Source: an uncultured delta proteobacterium
GTDB lineage: Bacteria > Myxococcota_A > UBA9160 > UBA4427
Direction: 5' to 3'
Assembly (NCBI GenBank): GCA_963822965.1
Contig: CAWGJT010000005.1
Span: 1,184,001-1,248,000 of the forward strand
DNA length: 64,000 nucleotides
Shown here: positions 10,782 through 21,027 of the stretch, piece by piece
Numbering within the stretch: position 1 is the stretch's first letter
Layout: each line of letters begins with the position of its first letter
The notes under the pieces: generated by a model
Databases searched by the model: none
What the model was told of the DNA's origin: nothing
Seen by the model: only the letters and a program-made list of their open reading frames with translations
Program-made: the position numbers and the translations under genes

Positions 10782-10849
10782 GGGTCCTCCGGCTGCCAGA
10801 AGGACACATCGGCAGGCGGCCCCCGCGAGTGAACTGGGCGTTGCGGGTG

Positions 10850-10925
10850 GCGCGCTGGCTTCACGCTCGAGCGGGTCGAGCACGTCTTCCTGGATGTCGT
10901 GAAGACCATCCACGCCCGCGCCTAG
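10850..10925 (+). repeat. 76-bp direct repeat, right copy (orphan methyltransferase 3' end)
   Basis: Encodes the same AGFTLERVEHVFLDVVKTIHARA* as 3886-3961 with no upstream gene. Confidence 0.95.
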
Positions 10926-11029
10926 CCCCAATGCGTGATTCAGCGCGCTTTCCGCGTGCCGCAGGCCATGCCAGGCCTTGCGGATCCTGCGAGATCGCCG
11001 GAATCAGCCCGAGCGCGACGACCTCCCAG

Positions 11030-11073
11030 GAGCGCGACCCCAAGACTTCGTCTTGGTCTGCCTGGAGTCGCGC
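11030..11073. repeat. Hairpin related to the MITE terminal inverted repeat
   Basis: GAGCGCGACCCCAAGAC-TTC-GTCTTGG..., similar to TIR GAGCCTGACCCAAGAC at 18598. Confidence 0.5.
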
Positions 11074-11278
11074 CTGCCGGTGAGCCCCGGAAGCTCCCTG
11101 TTCTTTCGTGCCGCAATCGCCAGCCGCGATCAGCCCAGATGGCCCCAGAGCGCGTGCGGGGACCGCCTCTCGCGGCGGAGAGCCGGGCATGCCCCTTGCT
11201 CTACTCGTGCTCCAGAGGTGCAGAGGCTCCGGCGCCGTTTGGCTGGGGGAGCGTCGTCTGGGGCCCGGGGGGGGCAGG

Positions 11279-11863
11279 ATGACGGTGCGAGAGTCCGACG
11301 ACAGGGTTGCGTATCCATTCGCGGGTGGGCTGGAGGGCGACGAACTCCTCGCCTGCAAGCTCCAGGTCGACGCCCGCATCGAGCCGGGGCGGGTCTATCG
11401 CCTACGCCCGACGAACCAGCGCTGCTGGCTCTTCCACGGAAAGCCGATGCGGCTGCTCGAGATTCGAGCGGCGTCCCACTGCTACCGGATGAAGTTCGAT
11501 CTGAGCCCCGAGGAAATTCCCGACGCCGACGACGAGCGCTGCCGCTGCGTCTACACGGACAGCTGGCAGCCTGCGGCGCTCGCCCTAACGCTCGTTCCCA
11601 TGGAGTCCGACCGACGCATGATGCACATGATGGCGTTGTGCGGCTTGGACCCCGGCATCGCCGCGCTCCGCGACGCACCGTGCGACTCCCGGATCGAAGC
11701 CGCACGGCAGCGCTGCCGGAAGTGCCCCGATGAGCACCTCTGCGACGAGTGGCTCGCCGGCCGGGAGACCGGCGACGACGGGTTCTGCCCGAACGCACCG
11801 ACCTTCCGAAGGCTGGCGGAGGAAGCGGGAGGCGGCCTCGCTTCTTCGCATCGCCCGGCTTGA
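11279..11863 (+). CDS. Hypothetical protein with C-terminal DUF6455-like Cys motif
   Basis: MMHMMALCG...RCRKCPDEHLCDEWL...FCPNAPTF pattern. Confidence 0.6.
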   Translation: MTVRESDDRVAYPFAGGLEGDELLACKLQVDARIEPGRVYRLRPTNQRCWLFHGKPMRLLEIRAASHCYRMKFDLSPEEIPDADDERCRCVYTDSWQPAALALTLVPMESDRRMMHMMALCGLDPGIAALRDAPCDSRIEAARQRCRKCPDEHLCDEWLAGRETGDDGFCPNAPTFRRLAEEAGGGLASSHRPA

Positions 11864-12009
11864 GCCAGGCCGGCCTGGGTCCGAGAGATCCCCGGAAAGC
11901 GCAGTGGCTCGAGAGTGCCCCCGGCGTGGCGCGCCGGCTTGGACGATTCCGATAGAATCGCCGAGGACACGTCCAAGGCGGGTCGCGATCGGACCCGGGG
12001 GTAGCCCAC

Positions 12010-13200
12010 ATGTCTTCCGACCTTCGACTCGACGATGCGGTCGAGCGCGCCCGCGCGCTCGTGCCCCTGGCGCGCGAGGCGGCCGACGAGGCCGAACGCG
12101 AGCGGCGGCTGCCGGAGCGGGTGGCCGGTGCGATGGCCAAGCAGGGCCTGTACCGCATCGCGGCTCCGCGCGCGATCGGCGGCTCCGAGAAGCCACCCGA
12201 GACCCAGATCCGCGTGATCGAGACCATCGCCTCTGGCGACGGCGCCGCCGGCTGGAACCTCATGATCGGGATCGAGACGTTCAGCCTGCTCGGCGCGGTC
12301 TTCGCGCATCGGGCGGAGCTCTTCGCGGATCCGAACCTCATCGCCTGCAGCGCGACGTCGCGCACGGGGCGTGCCGAGCGCGTCGACGGCGGATTGCGCG
12401 TGAACGGCCAGTGGCCGTTCGTCAGCGGCTGTCACAACAGCAGCTTCTTCGCCGGCCTCGTGGCGCTGCACGAGAACGGCGAGCCCGTGCCGGGCCAGGT
12501 GCCCTTCTGGGTTCTCGTGCCGCGCGACGACTTCCAGATCCTCGACACCTGGAACGTCGCCGGCCTTCGCGGCTCCGGCTCGCACGACGTGCGCCTCGAC
12601 GACGTCTTCGTACCCGAGGCGAGCTCGGGCCTGGGAGCCTGGTCGGCGACCGGTACGCGCGGCGCAGGCGGAGCGTCTTCCGTGCCTGCGATCCTGCGCG
12701 TGCCCCTCGGCGTCCGCCTTGCCTACAACAAGACCGGCGTCGGCTTCGGAATCGCGCGGGCCGCGATCGACGCGTTCGTGGCGCTGGCACGCGGCAAGAC
12801 GCCCTTCCTGTCGTCGTCGACCCTTCGGGAGCGGCCGTCGGCGCAGCGCGCCGTCGCGCGCGCCGAGGCGCGCCTGCGGGGGGCGCGTGCGCTGGTCTAC
12901 GAGCAGACGCGCGAGATGTGGTCGGCCGTGACCTCGGGCCGGCGGCTCTCGCTCGAGGAGCGCGCCCTCTTCCACATCGCGTGCTCGGACTCGGCCCAGG
13001 CCTGCGCCGAGGCCGTCGACCTGGTCGCCCTGGCCGCGGGCAGCTCGGCCAACGTGGTGGGCGCGCCCCTCGAACGCCTCGCCCGCGACGCCCGCGTGAT
13101 CCGACAGCACGTGACGGTGGCCCCGTCGCTGATCGACGACGCCGGCCGCGTTCTGCTCGGCCTCGAGCCGGAGTCCTTCCTCCTCAAGATATCGAGCTAG
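12010..13200 (+). CDS. Acyl-CoA dehydrogenase-fold flavin-dependent oxygenase (HsaA-like)
   Basis: NGQWPFVSGC, DTWNVAGLRGSGSHD, LERLARD motifs. Confidence 0.85.
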   Translation: MSSDLRLDDAVERARALVPLAREAADEAERERRLPERVAGAMAKQGLYRIAAPRAIGGSEKPPETQIRVIETIASGDGAAGWNLMIGIETFSLLGAVFAHRAELFADPNLIACSATSRTGRAERVDGGLRVNGQWPFVSGCHNSSFFAGLVALHENGEPVPGQVPFWVLVPRDDFQILDTWNVAGLRGSGSHDVRLDDVFVPEASSGLGAWSATGTRGAGGASSVPAILRVPLGVRLAYNKTGVGFGIARAAIDAFVALARGKTPFLSSSTLRERPSAQRAVARAEARLRGARALVYEQTREMWSAVTSGRRLSLEERALFHIACSDSAQACAEAVDLVALAAGSSANVVGAPLERLARDARVIRQHVTVAPSLIDDAGRVLLGLEPESFLLKISS

Positions 13201-13222
13201 CCCCGGCTGCCGTCGAAGCGCG

Positions 13223-14455
13223 CTACGACGCGCGCAGTGCCTCCGCGGGCGGGATCCGCGCCGCCCGCAGCGCCGGGAAGACACCGGCCACGACCGCGAC
13301 GCCCACGAGCGAGAGCGTCACGACGATGGTGGTCACCGCGTCCGGGGTCTTCGGAAGGTGGATGCCGGTCGCCTCGAGGGTCGGCGCCAGCAGCCGCACG
13401 AGCCCGAAGCCGCCGAGCGCGCCGAGCACTCCCGCGCAGAGCGAGACGACCACCGCCTCGGTGAGGAACTGAACGAAGATCTCCGTGCTGCGCGCACCCA
13501 CCGCCTTGCGCAGACCGATCTCGAACGTGCGCTCCCCGACGACCACGAGCATGATGTTCATTACGCCGATTCCACCGACGAAGAGCGTCGTGACACCGGC
13601 CACCACGAAGAACGCCTGCAGCGCGTCGAACATCCCGTAGATCGTACGCATCGAATCCCAGAAGTCCGACGACCACATGGCCGTCTCGACGGCGGGCGAG
13701 AATCGCTCGTGCAGCCCGACCAGCGCGCGCACCTGGGGAATCAGCGCGGCGCCGCCGTCCTGGTGCACGGGCCGGATCACGAATTCGTTGAACTCGTCGT
13801 CGTGGCTGAAGGCGCGCAGCGCGGTCGTGTACGGGATCACCGCCATCAGGTCGTCGCGATTGCCGCCGTTGCTGAGCTGGGACCCCTTCTCCTTTCCGAT
13901 GCCGATAACACGGAACGCGTGATCTCGAATCTGCACGCGCTCGCCGAGGGCCGGCGCGTCGCCGAACAGACGCTGCTTCGACTCCGGCCCCAGAAACACC
14001 ACGTATCGGCCACGCTCCACGTCGAGCCGCGAGAGGAAACGACCCTCGACCGGAACGAAGTTCCGGATCAGACCGGCCTGCTCGTTCCAGCCCATCACGG
14101 TCAGCAGCTTGCTGCGCGCGCCGTGCCGGACCACCTCGTTGGGCAGCATGACGTTGGGCGTCACCGCCTCCAGGCCGGTGAGGGCCTCGAGCCGCGTCAC
14201 GTCACTGGCCTCGAGCTGCACGCCGCGCGCCGCGCGCTCCCCGACGCGGTTCTTCAGCACGACGCCGCCGCCCATGAAGACGAGCTTGTTGCCGATCTCC
14301 TCGATCTCGGTGACGAAGTGGTGACGCATCCCGCCCATCTGCGCCGACAGGAACGTCAGCAGCAGCGCGCCCCAGGCGATACCGAGCGAGGTCAAAAGGA
14401 AGCGACCCGCCTGCGCGCGCAGGCTGCGCAGCGTCTCTCGGATCAGCTCGCCCAT
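13223..14455 (-). CDS. MacB/FtsX-family ABC permease
   Basis: VGGIGVMNIMLVVVGERTFEIGLRKAVGA. Confidence 0.9.
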   Translation of the reverse strand: MGELIRETLRSLRAQAGRFLLTSLGIAWGALLLTFLSAQMGGMRHHFVTEIEEIGNKLVFMGGGVVLKNRVGERAARGVQLEASDVTRLEALTGLEAVTPNVMLPNEVVRHGARSKLLTVMGWNEQAGLIRNFVPVEGRFLSRLDVERGRYVVFLGPESKQRLFGDAPALGERVQIRDHAFRVIGIGKEKGSQLSNGGNRDDLMAVIPYTTALRAFSHDDEFNEFVIRPVHQDGGAALIPQVRALVGLHERFSPAVETAMWSSDFWDSMRTIYGMFDALQAFFVVAGVTTLFVGGIGVMNIMLVVVGERTFEIGLRKAVGARSTEIFVQFLTEAVVVSLCAGVLGALGGFGLVRLLAPTLEATGIHLPKTPDAVTTIVVTLSLVGVAVVAGVFPALRAARIPPAEALRAS

Positions 14456-14492
14456 GGGGCCCCCTGCGCCACCGACTCGACCCTATTCCACC

Positions 14493-15761
14493 CTATTCGA
14501 CCGAGCGCAGCGTCAGCGCGGGGTCGATGCGCGCGGCGCGCCACGCCGGAACGAAGCCGGAGACCACGCCGGCGATCGCGATCAGCACCACGGCCGCCAC
14601 GACGGTGGCGCCCTGGATCTCCGGCACCGGGACCAGGTCGGCGAGATCCGGCGGGATCGCAGAGCGGAAGCCCGGGCTCGCGAGGAAGCGCGACAACCCG
14701 ACACCCAGCGCTACGCCGAGGGCACCGCCCAACGCCACCAGGAAGCCGGTCTCGAAGAGCAGCTGGCCGAGCACCTCGCTGCGCAGCGCGCCGACCGCGA
14801 GGCGAAGGCCGATCTCCGCGCGACGCTCGCGCACCGAATCGAGCATCATCGAGAGCACGCCCACGCCGCCGATCAGGATCGTCGTGGCGGCGATCACGAA
14901 GTTGGTGATGTTCTGCTCCTCGATCGGGATCGTCCTCAGCATCTCGACCGGGCTGAACATCGGAATCGCTTCCTCGTCGAGCGGCGGCACACCGAGGCGC
15001 TCGGCGAGGATCGCCCGCGCTTCACGCTTCGCTTCCTCCATCCGCTTCCGGTCGCGCATGCGGAGCAGGATGCTGTTCACCATCGGCTCGTCGATCCACG
15101 GGTTGGGCCACGCCGCGAGGTGGGTCGTGATGGGTACCCAGACCTGATCGTCGATCGCGTTTCCGTCGCGCGTGAGCTGCGTGCCTACGCGCCCGAGCAC
15201 CCCCACCACCTGGAAGGGGCGGCCGTCGAGTCGGATCCAGTCCCCCACCCGTCCCTCGGCACCGAGCACCTCGCGCCGGGCCTTCTCGCCGAGCACGGCC
15301 ACACGCCTGCGCTGCGAGAGATCGGCGCGCGTGAAGAGCCTCCCGTCGGCCACGCTGACACCGCGGATCGCGACGCCCTCGAGCTCCACGCCGCGCAGCT
15401 CGACGTTGCGGGCGCGCTGGTGGAATGCCGCAGCGACGTAGTTTCGCGTCTCACCGGCGACGAGCTCGGACTGGCGGGCGCGACGACGCAGAGCCTCGAC
15501 GTCCCCCCGCGTGAACCAGAGCCAGCGCCGGTCCACCGCCGGCGAGAAGTTCTCCGAGACGCGCCCCGGCCAGATCTGCACCAGGTTCTTCCCCATTCGC
15601 TGGAACGAAGCCTCGAGCATGCTCTGCAGCCCGACGCCCCAGCTCGACAGGAAGATCACGGCGGCAGTGCCCCAGACCAGGCCGAAGAGCGTGAGCGCCG
15701 TACGCAGCGGCTGGAGGCGCAGCTGCATCAGCGCCTCGCGGAGCGCTTCGAGCACGCTCAC
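14493..15761 (-). CDS. MacB/FtsX-family ABC permease
   Basis: IGGVGVLSMMLDSVRERRAEIGLRLAVGA. Confidence 0.9.
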   Translation of the reverse strand: MSVLEALREALMQLRLQPLRTALTLFGLVWGTAAVIFLSSWGVGLQSMLEASFQRMGKNLVQIWPGRVSENFSPAVDRRWLWFTRGDVEALRRRARQSELVAGETRNYVAAAFHQRARNVELRGVELEGVAIRGVSVADGRLFTRADLSQRRRVAVLGEKARREVLGAEGRVGDWIRLDGRPFQVVGVLGRVGTQLTRDGNAIDDQVWVPITTHLAAWPNPWIDEPMVNSILLRMRDRKRMEEAKREARAILAERLGVPPLDEEAIPMFSPVEMLRTIPIEEQNITNFVIAATTILIGGVGVLSMMLDSVRERRAEIGLRLAVGALRSEVLGQLLFETGFLVALGGALGVALGVGLSRFLASPGFRSAIPPDLADLVPVPEIQGATVVAAVVLIAIAGVVSGFVPAWRAARIDPALTLRSVE

Positions 15762-16474
15762 GGCGAGAGCTCGCTGTCTCGCTCGATCTGGCCGTCGTAG
15801 ATTTCAATGCGGCGGCCGGCGCGCGCACCGATCGTCGCGTCGTGGGTCACCAGCACGACCGTGGCACCGTCCGCGTGCAGCCCCGCCAGCAGATCGAGGA
15901 TCTCGCCGCCGCGCTTCGAGTCGAGATTTCCGGTCGGCTCGTCGCCCAGGAGGATCGAGGGGCGCACGACGAGCGCGCGCGCGATCGCCGCGCGCTGACG
16001 CTCGCCGCCTGAGATCTGGTTGGGTCGATGCGTCGCCCGGTGATCGAGTCCCACACGCGCGAGCGCTTCCCGCGCGCGCTCGCGTCGCTCGCGCCGCCCT
16101 AGCTTCTGGTACACGAGCGGCAGCGCGACGTTGTCCTCGACCGTGAGGCGCGGCAGCAGGTTGAAGGCCTGGAACACGAAGCCGATCTCGCGCCCACGCA
16201 CCCGCGCGAGCTCCGTCTCGGGCAGCTCGTCGACGGCGCGGCCCTTCAGGTGGATGTGGCCTTGTGTCGGACGGGAGAGGCATCCGAGGATCTCCATCAA
16301 CGTGGTCTTCCCCGACCCGGAAGGGCCCATGACCGATACGAAGTCACCGGAGCGGATCGAGACGTCGACTTCGCGGAGTGCGTGCACTTCCTGCCCGCCG
16401 GTGACGTACGTCTTGGAGACACCCCGGAGCTCGATCAGCGGCTCGGTCGCACTCGGCGCCACCGACGCACTCAC
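15758..16474 (-). CDS. ABC transporter ATP-binding protein (LolD/MacB type)
   Basis: Walker A GPSGSGKT, ISGGERQR, LGDEPTGNLD, VTHD; GTG start overlaps the upstream stop. Confidence 0.9.
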   Translation of the reverse strand: MSASVAPSATEPLIELRGVSKTYVTGGQEVHALREVDVSIRSGDFVSVMGPSGSGKTTLMEILGCLSRPTQGHIHLKGRAVDELPETELARVRGREIGFVFQAFNLLPRLTVEDNVALPLVYQKLGRRERRERAREALARVGLDHRATHRPNQISGGERQRAAIARALVVRPSILLGDEPTGNLDSKRGGEILDLLAGLHADGATVVLVTHDATIGARAGRRIEIYDGQIERDSELSP

Positions 16475-17544
16475 TGGAGCAGCACCTCCTCGCCCTCGGA
16501 GGCACCCTCGAGCAGCTGCACGCGCGTTCCGTCGACGATCCCGACCTTCACGGGGCGCTCGCTCGGTGGGCCGTCGCCGGAAGGCAGCGCGACGTACACC
16601 TCGTCTCCGCGGTAGCGGAGCCCGGTCTCGGGAATCGTGATCGCGTCGTCGATCACCTGCGTCACGATGTCCGCATCGCCGGACATCCGTGGGCGCAGCA
16701 ATGATGCGTCGGGGTCGACGACGTCGATCTTCACCTCGAAATACGTGACGTTCTGGATGCGCTTTCCCACCGGGGCCACCTCGCGCACGCGGCCCTCGAA
16801 GATGCGATTCCCGAACGCCTCGGTGCGGATGCGCGCGGTCTGGCCGACTTCGACGCGCGCCACCTCGTTCTCGTCGACCAGACCCTCCAGGTGCAGACGA
16901 TCCGTGGCGGCGAGCGTGAGCAACAGCGTTCCTCCGGTGACCGCGGTGACGGGGGAGACCGCACTCCCCTCTTCGGCGGGCACGTCGAGCACGCGGCCGT
17001 CCAGAGACGACCTCACGGTCGCGTAGCCGAGCTCCGTCTCGAGCGTGCGCAGAACGGCCTGCGCGCGCGCCACGCGGGCGCCTGCCCGCTCGGCCTGCGC
17101 CTTCGCCTGGTCGAGCTCCTGGGCCGAGTGCGCACCGTTCTCCCGGAGCTCGCGCGCCCGCTCCAGGTCGATTTCGGCATAGTGCTGCTCGATCTGCGCC
17201 TCGCGGAGGGCCGCGCGTGCCTCGGCGACCTGCGACTCCAGCAGATCGCGCTCGAGCTCGACCAGCAACATGCCCGCCGTCACGGCGTCGCCGGCCTTGA
17301 CGTGGATGCGATCGACGATGCCGGGGATGCGCGGCCGCACCTCGACCTCCTTCACCGGCTCGATCGTGCCCGTCGCCACGACGATCCGCTCGATGCGTTC
17401 CTTCAGCACGCGAGCGGTGGGAGACGGTGCGGGCGGAGAGCCGCCGCAGGCGAGGGCGCTGATCGCGAGAGCGAGCAGGCCGAGGACGGCGGGAGCCACA
17501 GCGCCGCAGCCCGGGGGACGGCTCGTGTCGCGGCGATCGGTCAT
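16471..17544 (-). CDS. MacA-like periplasmic adaptor subunit (lipoprotein)
   Basis: VVATGTIEP..EVRPRIPGIV, coiled coil, LRPRMSG; lipobox ALAC. Confidence 0.85.
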   Translation of the reverse strand: MTDRRDTSRPPGCGAVAPAVLGLLALAISALACGGSPPAPSPTARVLKERIERIVVATGTIEPVKEVEVRPRIPGIVDRIHVKAGDAVTAGMLLVELERDLLESQVAEARAALREAQIEQHYAEIDLERARELRENGAHSAQELDQAKAQAERAGARVARAQAVLRTLETELGYATVRSSLDGRVLDVPAEEGSAVSPVTAVTGGTLLLTLAATDRLHLEGLVDENEVARVEVGQTARIRTEAFGNRIFEGRVREVAPVGKRIQNVTYFEVKIDVVDPDASLLRPRMSGDADIVTQVIDDAITIPETGLRYRGDEVYVALPSGDGPPSERPVKVGIVDGTRVQLLEGASEGEEVLLQ

Positions 17545-17822
17545 GGAACCTCCGCGGAACCGCGGAAGATACCATCCCCCGGCTCGCGAGCGAATTCGCG
17601 AAGGAACACCTGCTCGAACCCCCGGGCGAGAAAGTGCCCGCGGATCTCCGGGAATCTCCGGAAGCTCGCCGCAACTCGCTCGTGTAGGAACGATCGACCG
17701 ACCGGCTACGGTGCAGCACCCGGCCTGCACCCGCCGTGCCTGGATCCGGGAACGGGAGCCCCTGGCACGGCGAATCCTCCCTCGGGAAGGTCCGCACCGC
17801 GCTCGTCAGTGTAGGATGAGCT

Positions 17823-18605
17823 ATGGGTCGGGGGGCGCTGGACGCCCTGCGAGCGACCGTCCGGGCGTCCGCGATGGATCGGATCGACGTCGTGCAGCGA
17901 GATTCCCAATCCAGTAGACCCGGTCGCACTCTCGTGCTGGGGCGATTCGTCCTGGACCGGGACGGGCCCGAGCTGCTGTGCGACGGCCAGCCCGTCGCCA
18001 TTCGCGCAACCCCGCTGCGCGTCCTCGTTGCCCTTTCGAATCGGCTTGGTCGCACCGTCTCGAAGGACGAGCTGATGGAGGAGGTCTGGCCGGGGCTTTC
18101 GGTGAGCGATGCTTCGCTCGCGACCGCAATCCGTGAGCTGCGCAAGGTTCTGGGCGACGACGGAGCGCGGCAGCCGTACATCGAAACTCTCCGGAACCGC
18201 GGCTACCGACTGACGAAAGCGGCAACCCCCGCTCCTTCGCTTCCCCGAACGGCTTCGGACGAGAGCGGCGAGGAAAACCCCGCAGCTTTCGACCTGCTGA
18301 TCCGCCTCGGACGGCGACTCTATCGAAGCGGTCGTCACCAGGAGGCTCGCGCGGCCTACCGAGAGGCGGCGCAGTCGGCGCGCCGAGACGGCGACGACGG
18401 GCGCTTCATTCAGGCGGTCCTCGAGTTTGGCGGAGATCTCGCGCATACGGCAACGGGTCCTCACCAGGCGGAGTGCGTCGCGCTTCTCGAGGAGGCGATC
18501 GCGCGCGACCGGACGTCGTCGCCGGCTCAGCTAGGAGCGCGACCCAGGACGAAGTCCCGGGTCGCGGCTCCGCCGCAAAGCGAGCTCAACGCGCTAGGAG
18601 CCTGA
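17823..18605 (+). pseudogene. Winged-helix regulator, apparently C-terminally truncated by repeat elements
   Basis: VSKDELMEEVWP...IETLRNRGYRL; ORF reads into the hairpin/MITE from 18531 and is much shorter than the similar 3958-5745 gene. Confidence 0.6.
18531..18570. repeat. Collapsed MITE-like hairpin preceded by CTAG
   Basis: CTAG-GAGCGCGACCCAGGAC-GAA-GTCCCGGGTCGCGGCTC imperfect inverted repeat. Confidence 0.6.
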
Positions 18606-18760
18606 CCCAAGACTCCCGTGAGAAGCCCTGGCGTCGAGGCGCGCCGGTGCCAAGGCGCGCGAGGAAGCCATGGCGCGGCCTGCGGCGACGCAGCGCAACG
18701 CAGGCACCGGCGATGCATCGGCGTCAGGGCGGCGCGAGGTGTCTTGGGTCAGGCTCCTAG
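18594..18760. mobile_element. MITE, 159 bp with 16-bp perfect TIRs flanked by CTAG
   Basis: CTAG|GAGCCTGACCCAAGAC (18598-18613) ... GTCTTGGGTCAGGCTC (18741-18756)|CTAG. Confidence 0.85.
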
Positions 18761-18773
18761 CTCCGCGCGTTCC

Positions 18774-21027
18774 TCAGAACGGGTTGCACACCGGGACGCC
18801 GCCCGAGTCGGGGTTGTCGTCGGTGCGGTAGGGCTGGCCGTCGCAGACGTCGATCACCAGGCCCCAGTGGAGGAAGACGTCCTTCTGGAGCGCACCGCCG
18901 GGCTCACGCCGCGGGTCCTCGTGGGGGTCGCCGTCGTGGTTGGCCGGGATGTTGCCGTTCGGCGGCGTCGCGTTGCCACTGTCCCAGTAGACCATCGCGG
19001 AGCCCCAGTGCGGGTAGTCGGCGGTCGGCGTGAAGTAGGGATCCTCCTCCCAGTGCTTTCCCTCTTCGAGCGGCGGTCGCATCAGCTTCGCGCCCAGGGT
19101 GCGCGCCTCCACTTCGGCGGAGACGTTGGCCACCTGGTGATCGCCGATGGCGACGTGCATCAGGATCGCGTGCCGCGGCGTGTTGGGGAGCGGATGGCTC
19201 GCCATGTGCTGGGCGTAGCCGTTGGCCTCGGCGCGATCCCAGAGCATCTGGATCACGGCGAAGATCAGCTGCTGCAGCCGCTTGTCCGGGTAGTAGCCGT
19301 ACAGGATCTGGGAGAGCGGACTCGCCTCCCAGTCGACGCTGCGGTTGAGCAGGGTCGAGTAGTTCATGCCGGCGACGCCGAGCACGCCCCGGGGCGCGTC
19401 GGGGCTGAGCGCCATGAAGGCGCCGCCCATGATCGCTCCCTGGCTGTTGCCGTCGTAGACCAGCGTAGAGAGGCCCGCGAACCGGGCCGTCCGGATGAGC
19501 GGCCTCTCCTTGTGGCCGAGCAGCCACCACAGCAGGGGATGCCCAGGCGGCTCGTCGGTGCGGAAGGCGGGATCGGAGACGAAGCCCTTGGGGTGGACCA
19601 TCGCGCGCCCGACGAAGTCGAAGTTGAGGAAGCCCTGCTGGGCGCGGTCCACCAGGGTGGGGAGCCCCGAGAGATTCTGCAGCAGCGAAACGACGTTGGG
19701 GACGTCGTCGGCCGCCATTCCGATCCACGGCGTGGCGCAGGTCATGAACCCGCGCTTGCGCATCTGCTCGCCGGAGCCGCCGGTCACCTCGTTCGGGCTG
19801 CCCAGCAGTCCGTGACCGTAGAGCAGCGGCGTGGCCAGGTACGCGAGGCTCTCGAAGGGCTTGTACGGAATGTCGCACACGAACGGCGCCTCGATCTCGG
19901 GGGCGTCGCTGTTCAGGTCCGGAAGCTCATCGGCGTCGGCGTAGTTGAAGCGCGAGCCGGGCCCGCCCGGAACCCCGGTCGGATCGTTGCCCAGGTAGTT
20001 CGGGACCCAGACGATGCCGCGCACCCGGCGGCGCGTGTCCGCGTCGTAGCCCGGCGCCGCGGAATCGTCGTTCTGGAAATCCTCCACCGAGGTGACCTCG
20101 AAGTCGGGCGCCGAGCCCCGCACGCGCAGGTCGGCGAGGTTGGTGTCGCCCAGGCTCGCGAAGGCGTCGTCGCGGATGTGGAGTGACGCGCTCGCTCAGA
20201 TTGCGCGCGCTGGCCACCGTGAAGTCCCAGGCCAGGTAGAGGTCGTCGCGCCAGATGCCCGTCGCCTCGAGGGCGGCGAACAGCGCGTCCATGTGATCGG
20301 ACCGCGCATCGGACACGGTGCCGCTGCGATAGCCCAGGAAGTCCGCGTTCGGAGCGATCAGGCTCCCGTCGGCGCGCTTCAGGTTGCGCAGCGCCACGAT
20401 GTAGTGGTGCCCCTCCTTGAAGTTCACCGCCGGCCGAAGGATCAGCATCCGCTGGCTCGGCGGCGTGGCGGGGTGTTGATCGAGCTCCGACCAGAAGGGG
20501 TGACGCTCTCCGGTCGTCTCATCCAGAATCACGATCGGCGCGTCCTCGCGCAGGTAGCGACCCGGCGCGGCAATGTGGTCGCGGTAGTCGAAGTAGCCCA
20601 GCTGGTTCGGACCGATGCCGGGCAGCGAGGTGGGCTCGTCCTGGGTGCCCCAGGTGACGGGCAGGTCGAGCTCGGGAACGAAGGTCAGCACCGGCGATCC
20701 GGGTGAGAAGCCGTCGTTGTGGTTCCACTCGGTCGGGTCGATGGGCTGGGCGGCTGCGTTGCTGGGGAGTGCGGCGAAGGCCACGCGGCGGCCGGTATCC
20801 GTGGTCGCGTCCGCGGCCGTGAACAGATCGTTGGGGAACGGCAGCAGGCAGAGCGTGGGGTCGAGCGGGTCGCACGCCGCCGTCGGCGAGCCGGCCCGGG
20901 CCGAGCTCCCCGCGCCGATGAGGATCAGCAGACCCGCCAGCAGCGCGGCCGTTCGGGCTGCCGCTCGGATCCCCGAGTCGGTCGTGCTGGGCGTCGAGCT
21001 GAGCGTCGAGACGGTGCGCATGGTCAT
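18774..21027 (-). CDS. Secreted alpha/beta-hydrolase-like protein (frameshift near 20185)
   Basis: Signal peptide and CLLPFPND N-domain in one frame; GNSQG elbow, GDHQV and DPHEDP in the next frame. Confidence 0.7.

Larger units (their letters stand above)
3962..10849. mobile_element. Putative genomic island between 76-bp direct repeats, no integrase seen
   Basis: Flanked by a duplicated gene 3' end; all cargo genes on the minus strand. Confidence 0.65.
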
